The notes below the pieces were generated by a model. The model was given only the letters and a program-made list of their open reading frames with translations. It was not told the DNA's origin and did not search any database. A stretch of DNA of 64,000 bases from Candidatus Omnitrophota bacterium (GTDB lineage Bacteria; Omnitrophota; Gorgyraeia; Duberdicusellales; 4484-171): NCBI GenBank assembly GCA_021735655.1, contig JAIPGM010000002.1, positions 224,001 through 288,000 of the forward strand. Reading direction: 5' to 3'. Below, piece by piece: positions 8,279 through 17,916 of the stretch (position 1 is the first letter of the stretch; the number at the start of each line of letters is the position of its first letter). The position numbers and the translations under genes are program-made.

Positions 8279-8698
8279 ATGGAAGTTGAAAAACTAAAAA
8301 AGTTTATAGAATTCATGGATCAGAATAATCTCGCCGAGTTAGAAATTGAGGAAGGAGACAAACGCATTCGTTTAAAACGAAACATTTCCAGTGCCCCGGT
8401 TGCAAATTATCATCCGATAATCCCGACGCCTGAAGTTGCTGGCTCTAAAAACGAAAATACTGTTGAGATAAAGTCACCAATGGTAGGAACATTCTATCGA
8501 GCTCCTTCACCAGGAGCAAAACCTTATGCCGAGGTTGGGCAAATTATTAAACCTGGAGACGTGGTTTGCATTGTTGAGGCGATGAAGCTCATGAATGAGA
8601 TTAAAGCTGAAGTTGGCGGCAAGATTGTTCAAGTTCCGGTTGAAAACGGCGAACCAGTTGAGTTTGGTCAAAGTCTATTTATAATCGAAGCGGCATAA
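8279..8698 (+). CDS. accB: Acetyl-CoA carboxylase biotin carboxyl carrier protein
   Basis: The biotinylation motif CIVEAMKLMNEI (EAMKL) is present in a C-terminal lipoyl-like domain. Confidence 0.85.
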   Translation: MEVEKLKKFIEFMDQNNLAELEIEEGDKRIRLKRNISSAPVANYHPIIPTPEVAGSKNENTVEIKSPMVGTFYRAPSPGAKPYAEVGQIIKPGDVVCIVEAMKLMNEIKAEVGGKIVQVPVENGEPVEFGQSLFIIEAA

Positions 8699-8732
8699 AT
8701 AAAATGTTAGTATTTGATTTTGAGGAAAAATA

Positions 8733-10085
8733 ATGTTTTCAAAAATACTGATAGCCAATAGAGGCGAGATCGCAATTCGGATAATTAGGGCTTGTAAGGA
8801 TCTTGGCGTTAAGACCGTTGCTGTATATTCTGAAGCTGATAAAAATTCTTTGCATTTAGAATTTGCTGATGAAGCAATCTGTATCGGCAAAGCAGCATCT
8901 TCTGAAAGCTACCTTAACATTTCAAGTCTCATTAGCGCAGCTGAAATTACTGATAGTGATGCTATACATCCCGGTTATGGGTTCTTGGCCGAAAATCCTC
9001 ACTTTGCTGAAATTTGTGAATCTTGCGGTATAAAATTTATTGGGCCTTCGGCAGAAAATATTCGCCTGATGGGAGACAAAATAAAGGCTAAAGAAACTAT
9101 GCGTAAGGCCGGCTTGCCTTTAATTCCCGGTAGCAAAGCTGGTGTAAAATCTAAACAAGAGGCCTTAGATTTAGCTAAGCAAATTGGCTATCCGCTCATT
9201 TTAAAAGCAAAAGCCGGCGGAGGCGGTAAGGGGATGCGAGTTTGCCATAGTGATGTCAGGCTGGTAAGCGCTCTCCTAACTGCTCAATCTGAAGCTGAAG
9301 CTGCCTTTGGTGATTCTGAAGTATACATTGAAAAACTTATCGAGAACCCACGACACGTTGAAGTTCAAATCGCTGCTGACAATTATGGCAATGCAGTTTA
9401 CCTTGGAGAAAGAGATTGTAGTATCCAGCGCCGTCATCAAAAAATTATCGAAGAAACGCCATCTCCAGCTATAGACGCTCGGCAACGTAAAAAATTGGGT
9501 GAATTGTGTCTTAAGGGGGTTAAATTTATAAATTATTGTAGTGTTGGCACTATCGAATTTCTTCTTGATTCCAAGGGTGATTTTTATTTTATGGAAATGA
9601 ATACTCGAATTCAAGTTGAACATACAGTAACTGAAGAAGTGACCGGAATTGATCTTGTAAAATTACAAATTGCCACAGCCGCCGGAAAACAACTCAAGCT
9701 AAAGCAAGATGACATATCTTTAAAGGGTGCTGCTATTGAGTGTAGAATCAATGCCGAAGATCCTGAAAGAGGGTTTATGCCTTCACCAGGGTCAATCAAC
9801 TTTTGCTATTTACCCGGAGGCAATAACGTAAGAGTCGATACTCATATCTACTCCGGGTATCGCATTCCGCCTTATTATGATTCATTAATTGCAAAAGTAA
9901 TTACTAAAGCTAATACTCGTGCCGAAGCTTTGAGAATAATGGATCGTGCGCTCAGCGAGCTTATCATTGAACCAATTAAAACAACGACCTCTTTTTGCAG
10001 AAGTGTAATTAACGACGTTGATTTTAAAAACGGCAAATACCATACTGGATTTTTGGATAAATTTGTTGAACTTAAAGAAGAATAA
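8733..10085 (+). CDS. accC: Biotin carboxylase
   Basis: The N-terminus MFSKILIANRGEIAIRIIRACKDLG matches, and the full ATP-grasp length is 450 aa. Confidence 0.9.
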   Translation: MFSKILIANRGEIAIRIIRACKDLGVKTVAVYSEADKNSLHLEFADEAICIGKAASSESYLNISSLISAAEITDSDAIHPGYGFLAENPHFAEICESCGIKFIGPSAENIRLMGDKIKAKETMRKAGLPLIPGSKAGVKSKQEALDLAKQIGYPLILKAKAGGGGKGMRVCHSDVRLVSALLTAQSEAEAAFGDSEVYIEKLIENPRHVEVQIAADNYGNAVYLGERDCSIQRRHQKIIEETPSPAIDARQRKKLGELCLKGVKFINYCSVGTIEFLLDSKGDFYFMEMNTRIQVEHTVTEEVTGIDLVKLQIATAAGKQLKLKQDDISLKGAAIECRINAEDPERGFMPSPGSINFCYLPGGNNVRVDTHIYSGYRIPPYYDSLIAKVITKANTRAEALRIMDRALSELIIEPIKTTTSFCRSVINDVDFKNGKYHTGFLDKFVELKEE

Positions 10086-10112
10086 TTAGCCCCGAGGGGG
10101 CCTACTAAGGAG

Positions 10113-10697
10113 GTGCATATGGGTTTTTTAACTATTTTAGTTTATATTATTTTATCCTTGGTTGTGGGAATATTGTTGATTGGGATATCTTGGGATCCAA
10201 CCGTTTTACAGATCGCGGTAACTTATCTAGAAGGGCAATTTTTTTCTGACTACTGGATGCGAGTTATTGCTGGTTTGTTAGGGATACTATTCATCCTTAT
10301 GTGTTTTAGTTATTTGCAACGAACTCTGCAACGCTCCCGACGCGATAAATCTTTAACCTTTGAATCAGAGCAAGGAAAAGTTAGTATAACTTTGTTTGCC
10401 ATTGAAGATATGCTGAGAAAAATTCTTGAATCTCGTCCAGAAGTTTCTCACATTAGGGTTAAGGTATTACTAAAAAAGAAGTGCATCGAAGTTATGATCA
10501 GAGGCATTTTAACCGCCGAAGTTAATTTGGTAGATTTCACAAAAGAAATACAAGAAAACGTTAAGGAAAAAATGCATACTCTTCTTGGCGAAGACAAAGA
10601 GGTTCAGGTTAATCTTGAAATACGTAAGGTAGCAATTGGAGCAAAAAAGGGGCTGGTTGAGGAACATGAACCAGAAATACCTTTCAGGAACTATTAA
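10113..10697 (+). CDS. Membrane protein, possibly Asp23/AmaP-like envelope-stress protein
   Basis: Two N-terminal TM helices are followed by a soluble C-terminal domain. Its position after accBC matches that of Asp23-family genes in other bacteria, but homology was not verified. Confidence 0.3.
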   Translation: MHMGFLTILVYIILSLVVGILLIGISWDPTVLQIAVTYLEGQFFSDYWMRVIAGLLGILFILMCFSYLQRTLQRSRRDKSLTFESEQGKVSITLFAIEDMLRKILESRPEVSHIRVKVLLKKKCIEVMIRGILTAEVNLVDFTKEIQENVKEKMHTLLGEDKEVQVNLEIRKVAIGAKKGLVEEHEPEIPFRNY

Positions 10698-10713
10698 TTA
10701 GGAGGTAATCGGA

Positions 10714-11736
10714 ATGAAAATAGGTATTCTTACCGGTGGTGGCGACTGCCCAGGTTTAAACTCAGTAATACGCGCCGTGGTACGTAAAGCGATTAATGAT
10801 GGCCAAGAAGTTATCGGCCTGCGCTATGGCTGGAAAGGCCTTCTTGAAAAAGATACCGTACCTTTAGATTTAAGGTCAGTATCAGGAATTCTTCCCAAGG
10901 GAGGAACCATTCTTGGCACCTCACGGACAAATCCCTATAAAAAAGAAAATGGCGTTAAAATAGCAAAGGAAAACTTTAAAGCCTTGGGCTTGGATGCGCT
11001 AGTAGCTATTGGTGGTGAAGATACGTTAGGAGTAGCCTCAAAATTATCTGAAGAGGGCTTTAAAATCGTCGGAGTGCCTAAGACTATTGATAATGATCTT
11101 GGGGCGACTGACTTTACTTTTGGTTTTGACACAGCAATTAATATCGTAATGGAGTGTATCGATCGTTTACATACAACAGCCGAATCTCACAATCGAATTA
11201 TGGTCGTTGAGGTCATGGGTAGACATGCTGGTTGGATTGCTGCCTATTCAGGGATAGCTGGAGGAGCTGATTATATACTTATTCCGGAAATACCAATTGA
11301 CATTCAAGAAGTTTGCTCTTCGATACAAAAACGCCATGAAAGAGGAAAAAATTTTAGTATCGTGGTTGTTTCAGAAGGAGCTTTTTTCAAAGAAGAGAAT
11401 TTATGCTTGCAGGAAAAGAAATTGGACGAATTCGGTCATGTACGCCTAGGTGGCATTGGCCACACCCTTGGCAAAATGATTGAAGACAAAACAGGCTATG
11501 AAACTCGAGTTACAGTTTTAGGTCACATTCAACGCGGCGGCTCTCCGTCAGCCTTTGATAGAGTTTTGGGCACCCGGTTTGGAATTAAAGCCTATGATTT
11601 AGTAAAGAGTGGCAAGTTTGGACGAATGGCCAGCTTAAAGGGAAATCAAGTTGTAGATGTCGCATTAAAAGACGCGATAACTAAGCTGAAAACTTTAAAC
11701 CTTGATCTTTATGAGATAGCCTCAATATTCTTTTAG
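10714..11736 (+). CDS. pfp: Pyrophosphate-dependent 6-phosphofructokinase
   Basis: MKIGILTGGGDCPGLNSVIRAVV matches. The PPi-specificity signature is present: IGGEDTLGVA in place of GGDGS, and PKTIDNDL with Lys in place of the ATP-PFK Gly. Confidence 0.8.
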   Translation: MKIGILTGGGDCPGLNSVIRAVVRKAINDGQEVIGLRYGWKGLLEKDTVPLDLRSVSGILPKGGTILGTSRTNPYKKENGVKIAKENFKALGLDALVAIGGEDTLGVASKLSEEGFKIVGVPKTIDNDLGATDFTFGFDTAINIVMECIDRLHTTAESHNRIMVVEVMGRHAGWIAAYSGIAGGADYILIPEIPIDIQEVCSSIQKRHERGKNFSIVVVSEGAFFKEENLCLQEKKLDEFGHVRLGGIGHTLGKMIEDKTGYETRVTVLGHIQRGGSPSAFDRVLGTRFGIKAYDLVKSGKFGRMASLKGNQVVDVALKDAITKLKTLNLDLYEIASIFF

Positions 11737-11751
11737 AAACAAATAATTCTA

Positions 11752-12315
11752 ATGAATAAAATAATTACTGAGTCTTTGAATCAACATAGAGAGGCAGTAG
11801 CTTTCCTTGAAAGTAACTGCCAACTTCTTGAAAAGATAGCTGGAATTTTTATTGAAACCTTAAAACAAAAAGGTAAGGTTATTTTCATGGGCAATGGTGG
11901 TAGTGCTGCCGATGCTCAACATCTTGCGGCTGAACTGATCGGAAGATTTAAGCTTAACCGGGCACCTCTAGCAGCATTAGCTCTTTCCACCAATACTTCG
12001 ACCATCACAGCGGTCGGTAATGATTTTGGATTCAAAGAAGTGTTTGCTCGCCAGGTTGAAGCTTTGACTGAGGCCCGTGATTGTATTGTTGGCATTTCGA
12101 CTTCGGGAAAGTCGGAAAACGTCATTATCGCAATCAAAAAAGCAAAAGAGATCGGAGCTAAAACAATAGGATTTTTAGGTAAGGACGGTGGAGATCTAGC
12201 TAAAATTGTTGATTTACCTCTAATAGTTTCAGTGAACGATACTCCGCGGATACAAGAGATGCATCTTTTGGCCGGACACATCATTTGTGAAATAGTTGAA
12301 AAAGAACTTTGTTAA
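11752..12315 (+). CDS. gmhA: D-sedoheptulose 7-phosphate isomerase (SIS domain)
   Basis: KVIFMGNGGSAADAQHLAAELIGRF matches the GmhA SIS signature. Confidence 0.8.
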   Translation: MNKIITESLNQHREAVAFLESNCQLLEKIAGIFIETLKQKGKVIFMGNGGSAADAQHLAAELIGRFKLNRAPLAALALSTNTSTITAVGNDFGFKEVFARQVEALTEARDCIVGISTSGKSENVIIAIKKAKEIGAKTIGFLGKDGGDLAKIVDLPLIVSVNDTPRIQEMHLLAGHIICEIVEKELC

Positions 12316-12364
12316 TATTTCGATTAGCCGCTTTTTAAAAAACTAAATTTCCTAAATACTCACT

Positions 12365-12832
12365 GTGACTATGGCTAAAACACAAACTTTAATTAAGCTA
12401 AAAGCGATTGCTCGCGACTTAAGAAAAAAGGGCAAGCGACTAGTTTTTACTAATGGTTGTTTTGACCTACTTCATCCCGGTCACATCAAAGTACTGAAAG
12501 AAGCTAAACAAAAAGGCGATATCCTAATTGTTGCTGTAAATAGTGATTCTTCAATTAAAAAAATTAAAGGTCCGAGTCGACCAATTCTAAAAGAAAAAGC
12601 ACGAATAAAACTTCTTGAACACATCGACCTCATTGACTATATCATTATTTTTAAAACCCCAACCCCATATAGTCTAATTAAAGCGCTGAAGCCCGATGTC
12701 TTAGTTAAAGGCGGAGACTGGCAAAAAAAAGATATTGTCGGTAGCGATCTTGTTGGTCAGGTTCATCGAGTAAAACTCTCGCCAAGGCATTCAACCACGG
12801 CCATTATCAAAATTATCAAGGAGCGGAGTTGA
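12365..12832 (+). CDS. D-beta-D-heptose 1-phosphate adenylyltransferase (RfaE domain II-like cytidylyltransferase)
   Basis: FTNGCFDLLHPGHIKVL is the nucleotidyltransferase HxGH motif. The gene lies next to gmhA. Confidence 0.7.
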   Translation: MTMAKTQTLIKLKAIARDLRKKGKRLVFTNGCFDLLHPGHIKVLKEAKQKGDILIVAVNSDSSIKKIKGPSRPILKEKARIKLLEHIDLIDYIIIFKTPTPYSLIKALKPDVLVKGGDWQKKDIVGSDLVGQVHRVKLSPRHSTTAIIKIIKERS

Positions 12833-13236
12833 AAAAAAATCTCTTGCGAGTGGTTGATGTGAATTTTAATCGCTCTAAAGAAGGCTTACGTGTCATTGAG
12901 GATATTTTTCGCTTTGTGTTCGAGGACAATTCTTCTAGACGTAAGGTGAGAACCTTGCGCCATGCATTAGATGCGATTGCTCAAGATAGACTTTTAAAAG
13001 AAGCGATTTTGAATCGAGATTCTAATCGAGATATTGGAAAAAAAATTGACAACCTTGAAACAAAACGTTCAGACGCCAAAGATATACTTTATATTAATTT
13101 TCAGCGCGTAAAAGAGTCTTTACGTGTTCTTGAAGAATTTTTTAAAATTTTGCTTCCGAATAGAGTTTCCGAAATTAAAAAGTTACGCTATAAAGTATAT
13201 ACTTTAGAAAAAGATACTCGCAAAAAATACAAATAA
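12829..13236 (+). CDS. Hypothetical protein, translationally coupled between the heptose gene and thiC
   Basis: The ORF overlaps its upstream neighbour by 4 nt and abuts the thiC ATG. No family was recognised. Confidence 0.3.
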   Translation: MKKNLLRVVDVNFNRSKEGLRVIEDIFRFVFEDNSSRRKVRTLRHALDAIAQDRLLKEAILNRDSNRDIGKKIDNLETKRSDAKDILYINFQRVKESLRVLEEFFKILLPNRVSEIKKLRYKVYTLEKDTRKKYK

Positions 13237-14489
13237 TGTTTAGTAAGAAACTAATCAAGCAAATAGCTAAAAAAGAGAGAATAACTGCCAGTTTCCTAGA
13301 GCAACAGCTAAGTCGTGGCCGAGCAGTAATACTTGCCAGCAAAAAACACCTTAATTGCCAGCCTACAGCTATCGGAGAAGGCTTAAAGGTAAAAATTAAT
13401 ACTAATATTGGTCTTTCAACCAATCGGACCAACACCGCTCTCGAACTAAGTAAATTAAAAGTAGCCCTTGATAATGGCACCGATACAATTATGGATTTAA
13501 GCGTCAATAAAAATTTAAGTATTTTTCGACAGAAACTTCTTAAAAAATGCCCGGTGCCCTTAGGGACAGTTCCAATATATGAAATAGCCAATGAGGTAAA
13601 AAAAAGAAAGGGCGACGTCAATAAAATGACGTTTGATGATATTTGGGACGTATTGAAACAACAAGCTGAAGAAGGAGTGGACTTTTTTACAATTCATGCC
13701 GGAATTTTAAAAAAAACGGTTCAAAGCATCAAGCGTACCAAGCGAACAGGTGGGATTGTTAGCAGAGGTGGAGCACTTTTAGCTCAATGGATGTTGGTTA
13801 ATAAAAAAGAAAATTTACTTTATGAAAATTTTGACAAAATACTTGAACTTGCTAAAATTCACAATATCACCTTAAGTTTGGGGGACGCTCTACGCCCGGG
13901 GTCAATAGTCGATTCGACTGATAGGCCACAACTAGCGGAATTGCGTGTTTTGGGAAAGTTAGTAAAACGTTGTCGTGAAAAAAATGTTCAAGTAATGGTA
14001 GAGGGGCCAGGTCATATACGATTAGATGAAATTGCAATGAATATGTTGTTAGAGAAAAAATTTTGCTACCACGCTCCGTTTTATGTATTGGGACCTTTAC
14101 CGATCGATATCGCTGCCGGTTATGATCATATTGGTTCAGCAATTGGAGGGGCCTTGGCAGCTTTCTATGGTGCTAGTTTTCTTTGCGTAGTTACTCCGGC
14201 TGAGCATCTGCGTCATCCGAGTATAAATGATATAAAAGAAGGGGTTATAGCCTCACGCATTGCTGCTCACTCAGTAGACGTATTACGGTTTAAAGATGAG
14301 TGGAGGAAAAATCAGGAAGTTTCTCTCTATCGATCTAAAAGGAATTGGGAAAAAGTTTTTCCTTTGTTAATCGATGAGGCTAAGGCTAGGCGCTACAGAA
14401 AGGGCCTAAATCTTTCTGAAGACCTTTGCACAATGTGTGGTGATTTTTGTTCTCTCAAAATAGCTGACAAGTGTAATCTTTTGAAATGA
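13236..14489 (+). CDS. thiC: Phosphomethylpyrimidine synthase
   Basis: The TIMDLS region and the C-terminal CTMCGDFCS cluster motif match short-form ThiC. Confidence 0.85.
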   Translation: MFSKKLIKQIAKKERITASFLEQQLSRGRAVILASKKHLNCQPTAIGEGLKVKINTNIGLSTNRTNTALELSKLKVALDNGTDTIMDLSVNKNLSIFRQKLLKKCPVPLGTVPIYEIANEVKKRKGDVNKMTFDDIWDVLKQQAEEGVDFFTIHAGILKKTVQSIKRTKRTGGIVSRGGALLAQWMLVNKKENLLYENFDKILELAKIHNITLSLGDALRPGSIVDSTDRPQLAELRVLGKLVKRCREKNVQVMVEGPGHIRLDEIAMNMLLEKKFCYHAPFYVLGPLPIDIAAGYDHIGSAIGGALAAFYGASFLCVVTPAEHLRHPSINDIKEGVIASRIAAHSVDVLRFKDEWRKNQEVSLYRSKRNWEKVFPLLIDEAKARRYRKGLNLSEDLCTMCGDFCSLKIADKCNLLK

Positions 14490-14491
14490 AC

Positions 14492-14562
14492 GCGGGCGTG
14501 GTTCAATGGTAGAATATGACCTTCCCAAGGTTGAGACGGCGGTTCGATTCCGCTCGCCCGCT
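14492..14562 (+). tRNA. tRNA-Gly (anticodon CCC)
   Basis: The cloverleaf reads acceptor gcgggcg/cgcccgc, D-arm gttcaatggtagaat, anticodon stem tgacc/ggttg with loop ttCCCaa, and T-loop ttcgatt. Confidence 0.85.
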
Positions 14563-14727
14563 AATACGATCTAATTTTTCTTAAAGTATTGCCGTCAAAA
14601 AAGTGGGACGAGGTGAAAATTTCAATAAATAATAATTGATTGAAATTTTTCTAATTTACGATAAGATATTGTAGTTTTCATCAACTAATACCTAAGTTAA
14701 CCAACAGCTCTTATACTTAATTCTGCA

Positions 14728-15363
14728 ATGGGTAAATTGTTTTTATTCTTAATTATTATTTTTGTTTTCATTTCCTGTACTGCCACTGAATCTTTCCATC
14801 GACAACCTCAACCTGAAGTAGCACCGTTAAAAAAAATAAACTATATTATTAAGTCAGGAGACTCTCTATGGAAAATATCTAAGCGTTACGGGACTACGCC
14901 AGAAGAACTTATGAAAATAAATAAAATTCCTTCTCCTAATAATTTACAAATCGGCCAAAAAATATTAATACCACATTCGGAGAAAAAAGTTAAAGGAGAT
15001 TTTAGCTGGCCGCTTAAGGGAAATGTTGTTAATTTTTTCGGCGAAAATGTCGATAACTCAGTTAATCGTGGCTTAAACATACAGACAAATTCTATCAGCA
15101 AGGAAGTAAAATCCGCTGCTAAAGGTAAGGTTGTTTTTGCTAATCAACTTAAAGGCTGGGGGCATACAGTTATTTTACAGCACCTTGGTGATTTTTATAC
15201 AATCTATGCAAATCTTGAGCCTTCATTAATTAAGGAAGGTTCAATCGCTAAAAGTAATCAAATTATCGGTAATGTCGCTTCAGGAAAAAGTGGCAATCAT
15301 ATATTACATTTTGAGATTCGCAAGCGCTATATACCCCAAGATCCGTTACAGTATCTGAATTAA
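14728..15363 (+). CDS. LysM + M23 peptidase (NlpD-like murein hydrolase/activator)
   Basis: A signal peptide is followed by the LysM motif YIIKSGDSLWKISKRYGTTPEELMKINKI and a C-terminal M23 domain (HLGDFYTIYANL). Confidence 0.75.
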   Translation: MGKLFLFLIIIFVFISCTATESFHRQPQPEVAPLKKINYIIKSGDSLWKISKRYGTTPEELMKINKIPSPNNLQIGQKILIPHSEKKVKGDFSWPLKGNVVNFFGENVDNSVNRGLNIQTNSISKEVKSAAKGKVVFANQLKGWGHTVILQHLGDFYTIYANLEPSLIKEGSIAKSNQIIGNVASGKSGNHILHFEIRKRYIPQDPLQYLN

Positions 15364-15368
15364 ATTTT

Positions 15369-16931
15369 ATGAGTAACAAACCCTGGACTACAAAACTCTC
15401 AGTTTTAGACAAAAGAGTTAGTGCTTTTAGCGAAGGCTATCGTCAAAACATTGCTCTTTTGGGTAATGATGCCGAAGAGACAGCTTATCTTTTACAGAAT
15501 TACCGAGAACTAAAAAACCACAATCAATTTGTCTATATCCATATCTCGACAGTTTATGCCGGAAAAAAAGAGTTATTGAAGGCGACAATCCTTTCTTTAC
15601 TCAGTAGCTATGCCGATAAGACTGATAGCCTCGATAATCTTATTTATGCCGTGAGCTCAGTTCTTCCTTTAACTACCGAGAATATAAAAAACTGTCTCAA
15701 GAAAAACTCTATCTGTTTTTTGGATATTTTGGAAATAATTAACGCTTTTATTAACGAAAGTGGTTCACGTTGCGTTTTTATTATCGAAGAATTTCTAGGG
15801 GTAGTTGCTCTCTTTGAAAACTTCTATTCTGATTTCTCAAAGTTTATAATTTTACAACAAAATTGCATGATCATTCTTGCCGCTTCTTCGGAACGATTGG
15901 CTCAAAAAGTTCTTTCTGATGAATTAAATTTACTATTTGGTAACTTTGAGATTATTTCTCTAAGCGAAGAGTCTTTTCTCAATAGCTTCGTTTATTTAAA
16001 AAATTTACTCCCATCAATTACCCCATCACCGTTTTTTTTATCGTTTTTTGCTAACTTTTTGGGTTCAAACTGTATATATTATGACTCTCTGGCTAAAAGT
16101 ATAAAAGACAAGTACCAGTCTGATAATGAAGAGAGCGCAATAATTTCTATATTGGAGGAATTTTTATATAGGCAAGAGACATACTGTTTCCAACGTTTTA
16201 TCAAAAATATAGACAAATTAAAATTTATTTTTAAGGATTTTCAGCCAACCCTTAAATTACTGACGTCGATCAGTCAAGGCTATATGCGTAAAAAAGAACT
16301 CTTAGCTTTAGGGTTTTGTGATTCCAAAGAATTAAATAGCAAATTGCAAAAACTGATTGACTCAAATTACATAGTTAATTTTGGAAATATCTATAAAATC
16401 CGCGATTCTTTATTCTCATTTTGGTTATCACATGTATTCGAACTACACTCTTTATTCCCCTTACATAACCCTAAACAGCGGAAACAATTTTTTAAAGAAA
16501 AACTTAAAAAGGAAATATCTCTTTTTAAAGATGAGTTTTATACGGATTCCTTAAAGAAAGTTTTGCAACTCTTTGCTTCCTTTAAAAATGACACTTTGAA
16601 ACTCGGGAAGACCAGGTACAGCTTGCCGACTATAGAACGAACCAAAACTATTTCCTACCCTCAAAGAGATTTCCACTTTATCATCGGAGAAGGAAAAGAA
16701 ATAATTTTTGCCGGAATCAAAGGTAAAGATGCCGACGATATTGACATGACTGATTTTATTGAGAAGGGAGCAAACATCCGCGGTAAGGGAGTGAAAAAAA
16801 TATTTATATCATTAGGTACATTGCCATCAGCCACACGTTTAATTGCTAAAAATAATAAAATCGCCATTTGGGATCTTCAGGAGCTCAATAAACTTTTACA
16901 TATATATAATAAACCGGTTTTTTCTCAATAA
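15369..16931 (+). CDS. Large hypothetical protein; degenerate AAA-like N-region (no Walker A lysine) plus C-terminal DUF234-like module
   Basis: The P-loop position reads LLGNDAEET, with no GK[ST]. A Walker-B-like CVFIIEEF is retained. The C-terminal region carries DFHFIIGEGKEIIF. Confidence 0.35.
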   Translation: MSNKPWTTKLSVLDKRVSAFSEGYRQNIALLGNDAEETAYLLQNYRELKNHNQFVYIHISTVYAGKKELLKATILSLLSSYADKTDSLDNLIYAVSSVLPLTTENIKNCLKKNSICFLDILEIINAFINESGSRCVFIIEEFLGVVALFENFYSDFSKFIILQQNCMIILAASSERLAQKVLSDELNLLFGNFEIISLSEESFLNSFVYLKNLLPSITPSPFFLSFFANFLGSNCIYYDSLAKSIKDKYQSDNEESAIISILEEFLYRQETYCFQRFIKNIDKLKFIFKDFQPTLKLLTSISQGYMRKKELLALGFCDSKELNSKLQKLIDSNYIVNFGNIYKIRDSLFSFWLSHVFELHSLFPLHNPKQRKQFFKEKLKKEISLFKDEFYTDSLKKVLQLFASFKNDTLKLGKTRYSLPTIERTKTISYPQRDFHFIIGEGKEIIFAGIKGKDADDIDMTDFIEKGANIRGKGVKKIFISLGTLPSATRLIAKNNKIAIWDLQELNKLLHIYNKPVFSQ

Positions 16932-16938
16932 AAAGATC

Positions 16939-17439
16939 ATGACAAGAATATTAGTACTTTCCGATACCCACATACCGACCGCTGCGGATAATCTGTCAGC
17001 AGTAATAGCCAAAGAAGCAAAAAAAAGTGATTGCTGTCTTCATGCCGGAGATTTTGTATCCTATTCGGTTTTTGAAGCTTTATCTAGCTTCAAAAAAACC
17101 TACGGCGTTTATGGCAATATGGATCAAGAACGAATTAAAATAGAGCTTCCTGAACAGCAAATTCTAAAATTTGAAGATGTTACCTTAAGTTTAACCCATG
17201 GGGCCGGGCATCCGGCAAATCTAATTGGCTACCTTCAGAATAAGTTTTCGGAAAAAATCGATGAAATTGATATTTTTGTTTTTGGTCATTCTCATTGTGC
17301 AACCGATGAGGAAATTGACAAAAAAATTTATTTTAATCCCGGATCACCAACAGACAAAGTATTTGCATGTTATCGTTCATATGGTATCTTAGAAATAAAT
17401 GGCTCTGAAATAAAAAGGAGGATTATAAAAATTGAGTGA
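16939..17439 (+). CDS. Metallophosphoesterase (YfcE/MJ0936 family)
   Basis: MTRILVLSDTHIP, GDFVS and FVFGHSH motifs are present. An internal ATG at 16939 was chosen over the track start at 16843, which overlaps the upstream gene. Confidence 0.7.
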   Translation: MTRILVLSDTHIPTAADNLSAVIAKEAKKSDCCLHAGDFVSYSVFEALSSFKKTYGVYGNMDQERIKIELPEQQILKFEDVTLSLTHGAGHPANLIGYLQNKFSEKIDEIDIFVFGHSHCATDEEIDKKIYFNPGSPTDKVFACYRSYGILEINGSEIKRRIIKIE

Positions 17440-17902
17440 ACTTTGGGCTCCTTGGAGAATAAATTATGTACAAGACAAAAAGGCAAAGGGTTGCGTTTTT
17501 TGTAAAATCCTAAAAGCAAAAAATGACACCCAAGACAATGTTCTTTTACGGTCAAAACATTGTTTTGCCGTTTTAAATAAATTTCCTTATAATAACGGAC
17601 ACACATTAATAGTAACTAATCGTCACATTAAATCACTAGAACAGTTAAAAGATCAAGAGTTATTAAACATTAACAAAACTTTAATTTCGGTAAAATCAAG
17701 ACTTAAAAAAATTCTCAAGCCCGATGGGTTTAATATCGGAATTAACATTGAAAAGTCGGCCGGGGCAGGAATAGTGGGCCATATTCATATTCATCTTGTG
17801 CCTCGCTGGACTGGTGATACAAATTTTATGCCAGTGACCGCAAGTACAAAAATAATCTCCCAAAGCCTCAAAGAATTAAGTCGACAATTTAAAAATAAAT
17901 AG
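17432..17902 (+). CDS. HIT-family nucleotide hydrolase/transferase
   Basis: The histidine triad HIHIHLVPRW and CVFCKI are present. Confidence 0.7.
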   Translation: MSELWAPWRINYVQDKKAKGCVFCKILKAKNDTQDNVLLRSKHCFAVLNKFPYNNGHTLIVTNRHIKSLEQLKDQELLNINKTLISVKSRLKKILKPDGFNIGINIEKSAGAGIVGHIHIHLVPRWTGDTNFMPVTASTKIISQSLKELSRQFKNK

Positions 17903-17916
17903 TACAATCAAACACT

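Noticed and set aside
7319-9799. Minus-strand ORFs 7319..7525, 8094..8276, 8675..8890, 9276..9623 and 9611..9799
   Set aside because: All are antisense to pepP, efp, accB or accC, which have unmistakable motifs.
10086-10112. Small GC hairpin gccccgagggggc after accC considered as terminator
   Set aside because: It has no downstream U tract, and the next gene's RBS follows within 10 nt. Read-through into the membrane-protein gene is more likely.
12316-13236. Search for a TPP (THI-box) riboswitch upstream of thiC
   Set aside because: No CUGAGA or GGGG..ACC..CUGAGA-type elements were found. The region is occupied by overlapping coding frames.
10935-14142. Minus-strand ORFs 10935..11132, 11916..12284, 13175..13621 and 13867..14142
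   Set aside because: They are antisense to pfp, gmhA, the unknown gene plus thiC, and thiC respectively. The amino-acid composition is consistent with shadow frames.
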